A DNA stretch of 64,000 nucleotides from Mobula hypostoma (lineage: Eukaryota), in NCBI RefSeq assembly GCF_963921235.1, contig NC_086108.1, positions 92,940,001 through 93,004,000 on the forward strand, written 5' to 3'. The notes beneath the pieces are model-generated. The model did not search any database, had not been told where the DNA came from, and saw only the letters and a program-made list of their open reading frames with translations. Both the position numbers and the translations under genes were made by a program. Numbering within the stretch: position 1 is the stretch's first letter; each line of letters begins with the position of its first letter. Shown here piece by piece: positions 1 to 12,727 of the stretch.

Positions 1-925
1 CTCTGACTATCCACACAATCAATGCCTCTCGTCATCGTATACACCTCTATCAGGTCACCTCTCATCCTCCATCGCTCCAAGGAAAAAAGGCCGAGTTCAC
101 TCAACCTAATCTCACAAGGCATGCTCCCCAATCCAGGCAACATCCTTGTAAATCTCCTCTGCACCCTTTCTATGGCTTCCATATCCTTCCTATAGGGAGG
201 CGACCAGAACGGAGCACAGTACTCCAAGTGGAGTCTGACCAGGGTCCTATACAGTTGCAACATTACCTCTCGGCTCCTAAACTCAATCCTATGATTGATG
301 AAGGCCAATGCACCATATGTTTTCTTAACCACAGAGTCAACCTGCGCAGCAGCTTCGAGTGTCCTATGGACTCAGACCACAAGATCCCTCTGATCCTCCA
401 CACTGCCAAGAGTCTCACTATTAATACTATATTCCGTCATCATATTTGACCTACCAAAATGAACCACCTCACACTTAACTGGGTTGAACTCCATCTGCCA
501 CTTCTCAGCCCAGTTTTGCATCCTATCAATGTCCCGCTGTAACTTCTGACAGCCCTCCACACTATCCGCAACATCCCAAACTTTGTGTCATCAACAAATT
601 TACTAACACATCCATCCACTTCCTCATCCAGGTCAGTTATAAAAATCATGAAGAGTAGGGGTCCCAGAACAGATCCCTGAGGCACACCACTGGTCACCGA
701 CCTCCATGCAGAAGATGACCTGTCTACAAACACTCTTTGCCTTCTGTGGGCAAGCCAATTCTGGATCCACGAAGCAATGTCCCCTTGGATCCCATGCCTC
801 CTTACTTTCTCAATAAGCCTTGCATGTGGTACCTAATCAAATGACTTGCTGAAATCCATATACACTACATCTACTGCTCTTCCTTCATCAATATGTTTAG
901 TCACATCCTCAAAAAATTCAATCAT
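1..925 (-). mobile_element. CR1-clade LINE, RT fragment (runs off window start)
   Basis: ORFs 440..733 ([24 protein letters not shown]) and 372..560 ([20 protein letters not shown]). Closely similar to the copy at about 20630-21530. Confidence 0.92.
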
Positions 926-2088
926 TTTACTTGGATTTTCAGAAGGCATTTGACAAGGTGCCACACACGAGGTTGCTTAACAAGATAAAATTCAATGGCG
1001 TTACAGGAAGGATACTGGCATGGATAGAGGAACGGCTGACAGGCAGGAGGTACTGAGTGGGAATAAAAGGGGCCTTTTCTGGCTGGCTGCCAGTGACTAG
1101 TGGTGTTCCTCAGGGGTCAGTATTGGGACCGCTACTTTTCACATTGTTTGTCAATGACCTGTATAATGGTGGCTTTGTGGCAAAGTTTGTGGATGATACG
1201 AAGATAGATGGAGGGGTAGGTAGTGCTGAGGAAGCAATGTGATTGCAGCAGGACTTAGACAAATTGGAAAAATGGGCAAAAAAAAGTGGCAGATGGAATA
1301 CAGTGCTGGGAAATGTATGATAATGCATTTTGCTAAAAGGAACAATAGTGCGGACAACTAATTAAATAGAGAGAAGGCTGAAACATCAGAGGTGCAGGGG
1401 GACTTAGGAGTCTCGTGCAAGACTCCCAGAAGGTTAATTTATAGGTTGAGTCCGTGGTAAAGTAGGCAAATGCAATGTTGGCATTTATTTCAAAGGGAAT
1501 ATAAAAGCAAGGTGATAGTGTTTATAAGACACTAGTCAGCTGCACCTGGAGTATTGTCAACCGTTTTAGGCCCCATATCTCAGAAAGGAAGAGCTGTCAT
1601 TGGAGAGAATCCAGAGGAGGTTCATGAGGATGATTCCGGGATTGAAGGGATTGACATATGAGGAGCATTTGGCAGCTTTGGGCCTGTACTCCCTGGCAGT
1701 TAGAAGAATGTGAGGGGATCTCACTGAAACCTACCAAATATTGATAGGACTAGATAGGGTGGATGTGGAGAAGATGCTTCCTATGGTGGGTGTATCAGAA
1801 CTAGTGGGGACAGCCTCAAAATTGAGGGGTGACCCTTTAGAACAGAGGTGAGGAGGAACTTTTTTATCCAGAGAGTAGTGAATCTCTGTCACAGACAGTG
1901 GTGGAGACCAAGGCCGTGGGTGTATTTATGGTGGAAGATGATCATTTCCTGATCGGTCAGGGAATCAAAGGATATGGCAAGAAGGCAGATGTATGGGGTT
2001 GATTGGGTATTGGATCAACCATGATGGAATGGCAGAGCAGACTTGATGGGCTGGATAGCCTAATTCTGCTCCTATGTCTTATGGTCTA
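926..2088 (+). mobile_element. CR1-clade LINE, RT to 3' tail, degraded
   Basis: [26 protein letters not shown] and AKFVDDTK motifs. 3' end is gggctggatagcctaattctgctcctatgtcttatggtct. Confidence 0.9.
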
Positions 2089-2089
2089 A

Positions 2090-2997
2090 ATCAGCTGGAA
2101 TTCTTTGTAGAAATAACAGGCAGGATAGACAAATCAAAGTCAATGGATGTTGTTTATTTGGATTTTCAGAAGGTCTTTAACAAGGTTCTGCACAGGAGGC
2201 TGCTTAGCAAGATAGAATCCATGGTAGTGCAGTAAAGATACCAGCATGGATAGAAGATTAGCTGACTGACAAGAGGCAAAGAGTGTGAATAAAAGGACTT
2301 GGTAGTCCTTGTGCAGAGTTGTTTAAGGATTAACTTGCAGATTGAATCAATGGTAAGAAAGGCAAATGAAATGTTAGCATACATTTCAAGAGGACTAGAA
2401 TACAAAAGCAGAAATGTAATGTTGAGGCTTTATAAGGTATTGGTCAGACCGCGCTTGGAATATTGTGAAGAGTTTTGGGCCCCTTACAAAAGAAGTGTTG
2501 GCGATGGTGAGGGTCCAGAGGAGGTTCTTGGGAATGATCCCAGGAATGAAAGGGTTAACCAATGAGGAGTGTTTGAAGGCTCTGAGCCTTTACTCGCTGG
2601 AGTTTAGAAGAATGAGGAGGGAACTCATTGAAACCTATCAAATACTGGAAGGCTTAAATAGAGTCAGTATGGAGATGATGTTTCCTATAGTGGGAGAGTC
2701 TTGCACCAGAAGGCACTCCCTTAGAATTGGGGGACATCCAGTTAGAACAGAGATGAAGAAAAAATTCTACAGTCATGGGGTGGTGAATCTGTGGAATTCA
2801 TTGCCACAGGCAGCTGTGCAAGCCAGGTCATTTTGTATATTTAGGACAGAGGTTGATAGGTTTGTGATTAGTAACGGTGTCAAAGCTTCCGGGGAGAAGG
2901 CAGGAGAATTAGCCTGACAGGGATAATACATCATCCATTACTGAATGGTGGAGCGGACTCGATGAGCCAAATGGCCTAACTCTGCTCCTATGTCTTA
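2090..2997 (+). mobile_element. CR1-clade LINE 3' fragment with internal deletion
   Basis: ORFs 2299..2565 (LYKVLVRPRLEYC) and 2465..2917 (LEFRRMRRELIETY..VVNLWNSLP), followed by a CR1 3' UTR tail. Confidence 0.9.
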
Positions 2998-3022
2998 AAA
3001 ACATCAACCACACAGAACTTAC

Positions 3023-3044
3023 ACTTTTAATCACGTCAAGAATG
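3023..3044 (-). CDS. Tentative 22-nt microexon of the minus-strand gene ((G)ILDVIKS)
   Basis: Minus strand reads ttttgaaaattctgtgtag|CATTCTTGACGTGATTAAAAGT|gtaagtt. Open in phase 2, matching the end phase of 3650-3683. Confidence 0.3.
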
Positions 3045-3649
3045 CTACACAGAATTTTCAAAATGACCACACCCACAACTGATTAACCTGGTATGTTTGT
3101 GAGTTGTACAGTTAGTGGGGTGACTGTGGTGACACGGGAAACACTGGTAAATTATAATTAGCTGTGAACATAACCCACGATGTCATGCAAACCCACCTTC
3201 CTTCCATTGACTCCATCTGCCTCTGGAAAGCAGCCAACATAATCAAGGGCCCCTTCTACCCCGGTCACTCTCACTTTTCACCCTCCCCTTTCCATCCAGG
3301 AAAAGTTAGGAAAGTCTGAAAGTATGTACCACCAGATTCAAGGATGGTTTGTATCCCACTGTTAACAGATCATTGAATGGGCCTCTCATATGCCAAGGAT
3401 AAATTCCTGATCTTCCAGTTGACCTCAGCACAGCCTTATGCTCTTTGTTTAGTTGTGTTCTACTTTCCCCATAGCTGTTGTGCTATATTCTGCATTCTGA
3501 TTTCTGTTACTACCTCGATGTACTTATGCGTGGAATGACTGTACTTTGTACCCATGACAGCAATAATAATAAACCAAACTATCTTTGAACACTCTGATCT
3601 TTACAGATCTCAATTCAGTTGCAGTTGACAGTAACCACACTCATTTTAC

Positions 3650-3683
3650 CCATAAATGGAAAAAGATTTTCTCAAACACTTAA
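3650..3683 (-). CDS. Tentative 34-nt exon of the minus-strand gene (xKCLRKSFSIYG)
   Basis: Minus strand reads poly-T attacag|TTAAGTGTTTGAGAAAATCTTTTTCCATTTATGG|gtaaaa. Open only in phase 1, so it needs an intervening phase-0-to-1 exon after 11146. Confidence 0.35.
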
Positions 3684-4627
3684 CTGTAATAAAAAAAAAA
3701 GAAACTGTTTTCCAAAAAGTGGAATAAAAAAAACGAAGAGTTCTAGCCATTCTAATGAGTGAAATTTTGCATTTTATTTTGTTGGGCATACAGAGTATTT
3801 GGGTTTATTCCAAGTTTTGAAAGATTTTTCAAACATACCCACATGAATTAGAAGATCACAAATCTACCCCAATTCCTGACACACTCACTTCTATCACACA
3901 CCTGACCCACGCTCCGGATCTCTGCTCTGACCGCACACACAACTGACCCACGTTTACCAAATCCCACCAACACTGGTTATAGACCCAGCCCATTTTCCTG
4001 ACCCTCAGTTCCAGCCACATACTTGACCAAATATCCTTCAGATTCACGGGCAGAAAAATTGAACCAACGTCAGTGTCCTCTCTTGTTTCAACAACCCCAG
4101 AAGCAGTGCCCTAATTATTCTTTGTCCACTACGTCTGACTACTCCCTTGTTCCCAGACTCAATACAGACACTGCAGTCTGAACATTGTTATGAAAGGAGA
4201 TTACCAAACAGACAGAGAAAAGATGTGGTCAGAACCCCCTTGGAGAAGAGTAAATTCAGATTTATTTATAATATGTACATTGAAACATACAGTGAAATGT
4301 GTCATTTGTGCTACAACCAACACACTCAATGATGTGCTGAGGGCTGCCCACAGGTGTCACCATACACCAACATAGAATGCCCACAAGTTCAATAGAACAA
4401 CATAAACAGCAACAACAACAAAATAAGACAACAGCATAACCGACCCCTTTTCCCACAAACTCACTCCTTCACATACAGACAGATCTCCAACCCCAGGACA
4501 GTCCACCTCTGGGCCTCCAGTCCTTGGCTCTGGACTCTGAGACTTGCAAACATCAGGCCTCCAACTTCAGACTTCGCACTGGGTTTGATGATCACAGGTT
4601 TGTCCTTTGGCATTAGACCCCCGATCT

Positions 4628-6300
4628 TGCCGATAACAAAGATTTTGCTTCCTGAATACTTATTGGGTGCACCTTATGGATTTTGGGCTTCTGATCATGA
4701 AAATCACCATGAATTTTCCATATCACACATCATTTGTTTGAAATTGCCATGTTATTTCAATTTATAATTCAAGTCAATTAAAATGTAAGTTGAAAAGTTT
4801 TTCTCTTGTCCAGACACAACTAGGCAGGGCAGATGCTCATGGCAGGCCAGGTTTCAGAAAGGCTATAAAAAGCATCTCACACACACACTGTACTGTGCAT
4901 TGCGTTTACATGTATATCATTTGCGATCACGTTGATACGCATGCTCTATGCGCATAGCATATTGTGTACTCATTATAATAATGTGATTTTATTTCCGGAG
5001 TATTTATGATAGCAAAGTATCTCACCGATGTTTCAACAGCCATGATACTTTGTTATATTTGTGGGAAGTATACATTTAAACGTCAAAGACAGAGCATGCC
5101 TCCTCTTACTGAGAAAGCCTGTAAAAGGGTGTAAAATTGGTGACCAAGACAAAGCCTGGGCTCCTCACGTTTGTTGCGCAACATGCGCTGTTGATCTTAG
5201 AGTTTAGCTCAGAGATACTCAGAAGTCAATGATGTTCGCTGTCCCAATGATAAGGAGAGAGCAGAAGGATCATGTAACAGACTGTTACTTCTGTCTGACC
5301 AGTGTGTCTGGTTTCTCTGCTAAAAACAAGAAGTCCATTGAATACCCCAATCTCCCTTCGGCTATGAGGCCTGTGCCTTATGATGATAGTCTTCAGTACT
5401 GAAGCCACCAGAGACACAGAATCAAGAGGAGGCAGACAAAGATGCCATGATGCATGAGCCAAAAATGGAAAACAACACTGATACTGATACAGATTTTGAA
5501 CCCTTTATGTCAAGTGAACCTCACTGGATAATTCAATCTGAGCTAAATGACCTAGTCAAAGACTTGGTTTTGTCAAAGGCGAAGTAGAATTACTGGGTTC
5601 AAGACTGCAAGGATGGAATTTTCTGTCACGAGGCACAAAAGTTTCCGTGAAGGATTCAATATTTGTGACAGCTGTTTCCCAGGGTAACTGATGCCAATAA
5701 GGAAAGTATTTTTCTTGGTCCACAAGTCAAACCGGTCATCAATGACAGTCAGCTCAAAGAACTTCGAGTTGAACCACAGAAAAATCACATGGAAGGCACT
5801 GAAGAATGTTGTTGAAACTACAGAGCACCAAACTACGTGGATCTGATTAACAACAGGCTTCAAAGTACAAAACCATGAAGTGCGACATGTCACTAAAGAT
5901 TCATTTTCTGCATTCCCATTTAGACTTACCCTGCACAGTCAGTGACGATCACAGTGAAAGGTTTCACCAGGACATTGTGATCATGAAGAAATGGTATCAG
6001 GGCAATTGGAATCCATCAATGCTGGCTGATTATTGTTGGACACTTAAGTGAGGAGTCTCAGACACTTAATAGAAATGAAAATGATCAAAACATTTTTAGC
6101 TAAGTTGAACTATTGCAAAGCATCAGTACCATTAATGCAACTAAAGGCATTATATTCAACGCAAGCTAATTTTTTGTTCTTCTAATTCCTACATGATACA
6201 AGTAGTCTGAAATTATATTTGTGTTCAGCTTCAAGTGGTCTATCATAACCACAAAATATTTCTGAGCTAGCAACACTTCCAAAATATTTGCTGTCCATTG
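4628..6300 (+). mobile_element. Degraded DNA transposon, probably Chapaev3-type (CMC superfamily)
   Basis: Broken transposase motifs QSELNDLVKDLVLSK..ELLGSRLQGWNF (about 5533-5622) and MSLKIHFLHSHLD..VSDDHSERFHQDI..YQGNWNPSMLADYCWTLK (about 5887-6048). Right end ..tttgctgtccattg resembles a decayed ..GTG terminus. Superfamily assigned from recalled motifs. Confidence 0.7.
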
Positions 6301-6689
6301 TAATGGGTTTGGGCTTTGGGCCCTGACTCTGGACTCACATGGACCTCTGAGACCCTGGTGTCCCAGGCCACAATGACTCCTTTGGATCTCTACTATTGGC
6401 ATTTGACCCTCGGGCTTCTACCTCTATACCTCTGGCCCATGATCGCTCAGAAAGGAGAAGGGAGATTCAGTATGTTATTAAGGAGCTCAGGCTCATGCAC
6501 TGGGGCCATCCAGAAGCCCTGTGTAAGTGGTGGAAGGAGAAGATGAACTCTCAATGTATCCACTCACCCACCCATCAGCCATCTCCTTCCACATCTATGG
6601 AAGAGATTGGTTCTGACATTGGTCTCAACAATCACCACAAATCAGCGCGGAGAAAGGCCTCTGAAGCCTCTAACAATCCTGTGCATTGG

Positions 6690-6990
6690 CTCCAGCAAAT
6701 CACTTGGTGATGGAACCAGTCAGAATGCTGTCCACAGTACATCTGTAGAATTTGCAAGAATCTTTGGAGACATACCAAATCTCCTCAAACTGCTAATGAA
6801 GTGTAGCCACTGGCATGTGTTTGTCTTGATTGCATCAATATGTTGGGCCCAGGATAGATCCTCTGGAATATTGATGGCCAGGAATTTGAAACTGCTCACT
6901 CTTTCCACGACTAACCCCTCAGTGAGGATTGGTGTATGTTCTCCTGACTTCCTTTTCCTGATCAATTTGTTGGTCTTGCTGAAGTTGCGT
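6690..6990 (-). mobile_element. Rex1/Babar-type LINE RT C-terminal fragment
   Basis: ORF 6720..6965, VERVSSFKFLAINIPEDLSWAQHIDAI..LRRFGMSPKILAN. Confidence 0.8.
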
Positions 6991-7065
6991 GCAAGCTAGT
7001 TTCCATCTTGAGGGACTGCTTAAGATGGTAAAGTGTTCAGATTTCCAGTATTGTCTGTATTGTGT

Positions 7066-7290
7066 GAAGCATGTGGCCAAGTGGTTAAGGCGTTCGTCTA
7101 GTTACCGCAAGGTCGCTAGTTCGAGCCTCAGCTGTGGCAGCGTGTTTGTGCCCTTGAGCAAGGCACTTAATCACACATTGCTCTAGTCTGTGCGAGGAGT
7201 GGCGCCCCACACAGACTTCCAATCTGCGCCTTGTAAGGCATGAAAATGCCCGACGCAGGCCTCTCATGGTCTGAGTCGGCATTCCCCTCC
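7066..7290 (+). mobile_element. Full-length tRNA-derived SINE with CORE-like central domain
   Basis: A box tggccaagtgg, B box gttcgagcc, core-like gtgcccttgagcaaggcacttaa. Exact 11-bp TSD ctgtattgtgt at 7055-7065 and 7291-7301. Confidence 0.88.
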
Positions 7291-9289
7291 CTGTATTGTG
7301 TCATTAGTCCAACTTTCAAAAATATGATTGGTAACACATTGCCACAGTTGATGACATTGGAAAAGCTTTACAGTGCAAGACAAATTAACCAAGGCGGCTC
7401 CAGTTAACAGCAAAATGCCCAAGCCAACTTGGTATTTATCCCAGGCTGCTACGGGAAGTAAGGGAAGAGATTGCTGGGGCTCTGACTGAGATTTTTAGTT
7501 CTTCATTGGACATGAGTGAGGTACCAAGTGAGGTTCTTCATTGGACATGAGTGAGATTTACGGTGACTTGGGAAAAGTCTGGTAATCACAGGCCTGCTCA
7601 CCTAACGTCAGTAGTAGGGAATATATTGGAAAATATTCTGAGATACGACAGAAGGAGTGAATGGAGAACAAAAATGGGGAATAGAAAAAGAGAGAAGGAG
7701 ACGGAAGGGGGAAGAAATTACTAAAGTTAGAGAAATTGATGTTCAATGGCCTTCATTGGTCAATGCAATGAACACAAGAAAAGGCAGGTTATGCTCCAAT
7801 TTGTGAAACATCGTTCAGATATCATCAGGAGTACCATTTGCAGCTCTAGTCTCTGCACTAGAGGGAAGATGTGATCAATATACTTTGTTACCTCTTCAAA
7901 ATAAAAGTTCAGTCAGATTGATCAGACAGGATAAGAAGCAAGGGCATTTTTTCCCTAGGAATGGAGGGCAAGCAGGGATAAAATGATGAGGGGTACAGAT
8001 AAGGGACACTTCAGGAAACTATCCAACATATCATAGGTGGATAAAACTGGAAGCAGCAAGAGATTTAGAGAGGATTCACCGGCAGTGATAGTCGGCCGGT
8101 GGTGGACTTTGAGACGAATGGTCCTGAGATCGAATCCAATCAGCTCTGTGCATGCTTTCCATCTGTGCTGGGTTGAGCAGTGGTCGAGCTAGCAACTCGG
8201 CCTTATTTAAAAAAAACATTCAAAGGCATGAAAAGGAACAACACCACCAATATGATGAGGACCTGGATTAACTTGCCAGAGAGAATGAAGGAAATAAAGT
8301 CCAAGGCCTGTCTGCTCTAGATGATCGTTTGAATTGCTTATATACAGAAACCTACAGGCTAAGTGCTGGAAGTATGGATGAGTCCGCACTGGGCATCATG
8401 GACGTGCTGGTCAAATGGTCTGTTCCATGCAGTGTGACACCATGGCACAAGGCCAAAACCAATCTACAATTATCCCGTCCCTATACATAGAACTAAACAA
8501 TAAATCCAGAAGCCAGAGGTATTTCAAGTTTGGGACTTATTTTGTAAACCCTTTAAGAAAACATAACCTTCACATAATGCGATTTCAGAAGTTTCAGGCA
8601 CCCCTCAGTGTATAAGCAGATCACACAACAAAGCCATGGTGTTCCGCAAACTCTCTGATTCACCTTGTGAAGAAGATTGCATCTCCAGACAGCCCACGTC
8701 ATTAGTGATTAGATTGACTTTCTATAATATCCTGAGATTTCAACATGATGTTCTTCTGGGTTTATTTATGAGGCTCAGTTTCAGCAATCATCATGGTTTC
8801 ATGTTGCTTTATGAGCAAATTAATCAGCACATGGAATAATTATGAAAGGCCAAGAACCTAAACAATTTAAAGCTCCATATTGTTGACAGGAAACATCCTG
8901 TTGAATCTCCTCTGCAGCCCTTCCGACATTCTCACATTTCTCCAGCAGTGTGGTAAACAGATTCATATATGTTACTCAGAACCATCCCCATTCCATACCA
9001 CATCTTGTTGATTACATGCAGGAAATTGTGACCTTGAATTTACTGGAATCATCTTGTGTGTACCATTAGAGGCTTTGGATCATTGCATAAGCTAAACAAT
9101 GATTATTTAATTGCAGATTATCTGTAACGCACAAAGCATTCATGTTTTATCATTTGGGATGGATCCATCTGGACTAGTGCCTGAATCATACACCAAGCAT
9201 TCCATTTTATGGTTTTAACTCACTAGTCAATAGCTGCCAGTAACATTAGTTTAATAATTTTGGGATAAATGCAAGTCTGTGCTAAAGAG

Positions 9290-10740
9290 CAACACACACA
9301 AACTGCTGGAGGAACTCAGCAGGTCAGGTAGCATCTCTAGAAAGGAATAAACAGTCGATATTTCGGGCTGAGACCCTTCATCAGGACTGGAAAGGGGGAA
9401 GATGCCAGAATAAGAAGGAGGGGGGAGGGGGGAGAAGGAATACAAGCTAGAAGGTGATAGATAAAGCCAGATGTGTGGCAGAGGAGGAAATGAAGTAAGG
9501 AACTGGGAGGTACTAGGTGGGAAAGATAAAGTGCTGGAGAAGACGGAATCTAATGGGACAGGAGATTGGACCGCGGAAGAAAGGGAAGGTGGAGGGGCAC
9601 CAGGGGGAGCTGACAGGCAGATGAGGAGTGGGGCAAGAGTGGGGAAATAAAGAAGAGGAAGGGATGGGGGAGGAGTAGGAAAAAATAACCGAAAGTCGAA
9701 AAAATTGATGTTCATGCCATCGGGTTGGAGGCTACCTAGACTCCCTTCTGTCTCAGTCCTGAAGAAGGGTCTCAGCGCGGAACATCTTCTGTCTACTCCT
9801 TTCCATAGATGCTGCCTCAACTGCTGAGTTCCTCCGGCATTTGGTGTTACACCCTCCAAGCTGAGAGTGGTCTCATTGTGGTAGAAGAGGAGGCCATGAA
9901 CCCACATGTTGGAATGGGAATGCCACTTGCAGAAATAAGTGCCAGAAGGGAGATTATTGGGGAGGGACAGATGGACAAGGGAATCACGGAGGGAGTAATC
10001 CCCACAGAAAGCAGATAATGGAGGAAGGAGATAAGGATGCGTTTGGTGGTAGGGTCCTGTTGAAGATGGCAGAAGTTTCGGAGAATGATGTGTTAGTAAG
10101 AGGAGAGGACAAGAGGAGATCTATCCCTGTTAAGGCAGCGGGAAGATGGGGAGAAACCGGACATCTGGGGAATGGAGGAGATGCAAATGAGGGCAGCATC
10201 AATGATGTAGGAAGCAAAAGTCTGTTCTTTGAAGGAGGAGGACGAAAGAGTCTCTTGTGCCAAGATGAGTCCACCCTTTGAGTAGAAGAGCAACACCTTA
10301 TATTCTGTCTGGGTAGCCTCCAACCTGGTGGCAAGAGTATCAATTTCTCCTCTTGTAAACAAATTTCCCCTCATCCTTCTTCCTCTGTTCCCCACACTGA
10401 CTTTTTTCCCCTTCTCACCTGCCTATTAGTTCCCCGTGTCCCCTCCTCCTTCCCTTTCTCCCATAGTCCACTCTCCTCTCCTATCAGATCCCCTCTTCTT
10501 CAGCCCTTGACCTTTCCCACACACCTGGCTTCACCTTTCACCTTCCAGCTCGCCTCCTTCCCCTCCCCCCACCTTTTTATTCCAGCATCTTCTCCCTTCT
10601 GTCTCAGTCCTGAAGAATGGTCTCGGCCCGGAACGTCTCCTGTCTATTCCTTTCCATAGATACTGCCTCAACTGCTGAGTTCCTCCAGCATTTAGTGTGT
10701 GTCGCTTTGGATTTCCAGCATCTGCAGACTTCCTCATGTT
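9290..10740. mobile_element. Penelope-like element fragments in both orientations, with pseudo-LTR termini
   Basis: C-terminal motif EEQHLIFCLGSLQP (+, about 10285-10330) and LGSLQPDGMNINF (-, about 9700-9740). tgctggaggaactcagcagg terminal modules carry hammerhead-like motifs. Confidence 0.8.
9352..9389 (-). ncRNA. Minimal type I hammerhead ribozyme motif (Penelope-associated), intact core
   Basis: Minus strand CAGUC-CUGAUGA-A-GGGU CUCA GCCC-GAAA-UAUC-GACUG: stem I CAGUC/GACUG, stem II, palindromic AUAU in place of stem III, AUC cleavage triplet. Confidence 0.75.
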
Positions 10741-11145
10741 TATAAAGAGGCTTTGTTTGTGTTTGGGATGGAATAATAATGAAGAACGATTGTTTTTTCA
10801 AAATTCTTGTTTATGTTTGTGTTTGTTGACACAAGAGCCTGAAGATGCTGGAATCTGAAGAAGCAAGCAATCTGCTGGAGGAACTCAGTGGGTTGAGCAG
10901 CACTTCTGGGAAGGAAAGGAATTGGATCAACACCCTGCATCAGGAGTGGGAGGTGTCATACTAAATCGCTGAACCATCCTGCAGCAGACAATTCCTTTCC
11001 TCCCACAGACGAGACACTGCTTAACTGACCGAGTTCCTCCAGAAGATTTTTTGAAACTCCTGCCTATCTTTGTTCAAGAGCTTATGTTCAATTTGATTCT
11101 CTGTATTAACAACGCTAAAACTGGAGACTTCAGGAATGTGCCTAC

Positions 11146-11194
11146 CTGTGGTGAGCCGCCCCGCTCAAATGAAATGTGGGCATTGTGGCAAAGC
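11146..11194 (-). CDS. Putative coding exon 3 of unidentified minus-strand gene ((Q)LCHNAHISFERGGSPQ)
   Basis: Long pyrimidine tract tttttttttcatttttctgatccctgggcag and donor CAG|gtaggc. 49 nt, open in phase 2, as required by exon 2. Confidence 0.6.
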
Positions 11195-11295
11195 CTGCCC
11201 AGGGATCAGAAAAATGAAAAAAAAATTCTTTTTTCCCCATCTGTAGTGGTACAACAGTAAGTCAGTAAAGATGAAGTGAAAGAATGCATTACCTC

Positions 11296-11524
11296 ATTAC
11301 CTCAAAATGCATTTTTTTTTCTTTTTTCATGATTTTTCTCTAGTTATTTTCTTTTCGTCCTGTATTATTCATTGGTATCCTACATGATTGGGAGTTTTGT
11401 CAATTTATACTATTTGGTTTTATAATTACTCATCTTAAGTATAACAATGTATTCCAAACAATTTTGTATTATTGCTATGTTATGTTTATATTTTATGAAA
11501 CTAATAAAAAGATTGAAAAAGAAA
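11296..11524 (+). mobile_element. 5'-truncated L1-type 3' UTR insertion
   Basis: T-rich body ending in aataaaaagattgaaaaagaaa. 18-bp TSD gaaagaatgcattacctc at 11278-11295 and 11525-11542. Confidence 0.8.
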
Positions 11525-12727
11525 GAAAGAATGCATTACCTCTAAGATCAGGTATTCTCTGCCACACATTGCCCTCACTTCATTGTATCCCACAACGGGC
11601 ACTCCTCCTCATTCTTCACTTCCACATCATTTTGACTTTGAAGTTGCTAACAGCATGTCCTGACTCTTTGGCACCTGATACCTTAGTGAGTGATGTACCA
11701 GCAGTGTCAACTTCCCAAACAATGATAGGCAAGTCAAAGCTGATGATGGCCAATGCTACCAAAGTGCAGAGTCAAACTATCTGCTGGATCACATCAGTCC
11801 TGATGCAAGGTTTTGACAAAAAACATTGATAAAACATCCTTTCCCCCATAGATGGTGCTCGACCTGCTGAGTTCCTCCAGCAGATTGTGTGTTGCTCCAG
11901 ATCCCAGCACCTGCAGTCCCTTGTGTCACCACAAAAGTGAAAACAGGATCCTACAAACATACAGGTAAGGCACGGGGAAGGAGCAAGGCATTCTGGTCCT
12001 AGGGTCTGATCTGTTGTTCAATGAGATCATGGTTGATCTTCAGTCCTGACATCACTTCCTGCCAAATCCCTGTATCTCCCAGATCCTTTGATATGTGGAA
12101 TATCAGAGAGAAGGTACAGACCCTGAAGACTGAAGACCCACACAGAAGGTTTCAGGAACTGCTTCTGTCCAATTGCCATTGGATTTCTGAATAGTCCATG
12201 AACTCATTGACACTACCTCACTATTCGTCTTTGGCACTACTTATTTCTTCTTCACTGTAACTTGTAGTAATGTTTATGTCTTGCACAGTACTGCTGCCAC
12301 AAAACAACAAATTTCATATCTCAATGGTAATATACAGTTGTTCTGATTCTATCGACCTTGGGTCTGAACAACTCAATGATGGTGCCTCCACACCCCTCAG
12401 GGCAGAGGTTCATCACTTCTGAGTGAGCACACCTCTCTTCATCTCAGTTCCAAATTGTCTACTCCCTGTCTGAGTCTGCAAACCCTCAGTTAAGGGAAGC
12501 TTTCTCTTGGTGTCTACACTGTTAAGCCATCTGAGAACTTTGATTGTTTCAGAGATCAGCTCTTATCCAAACACTTAAGAAAGCAGTTTAAACTATTGTA
12601 TCTCCTTGTGTGGTAGACATACCATCCCAATAACCAGCCTGGTGAATCACTGCTGTACTCCTATACCAGGTAGAGTACATCTATTTCTTACGATAAGAAA
12701 ACCAAACAAAATTTTAAAGAAAGGATC

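Noticed and set aside
7066..7140. tRNA-like A/B boxes
   Set aside because: This is the head of a TSD-flanked SINE, and no complete cloverleaf is present.
9251..9907. 218-aa Pro/Ser-rich ORF (similar cases at 43808-44394, 47454-47975 and 52883-53404)
   Set aside because: These are chance read-throughs of low-complexity or GC-rich repeat sequence.
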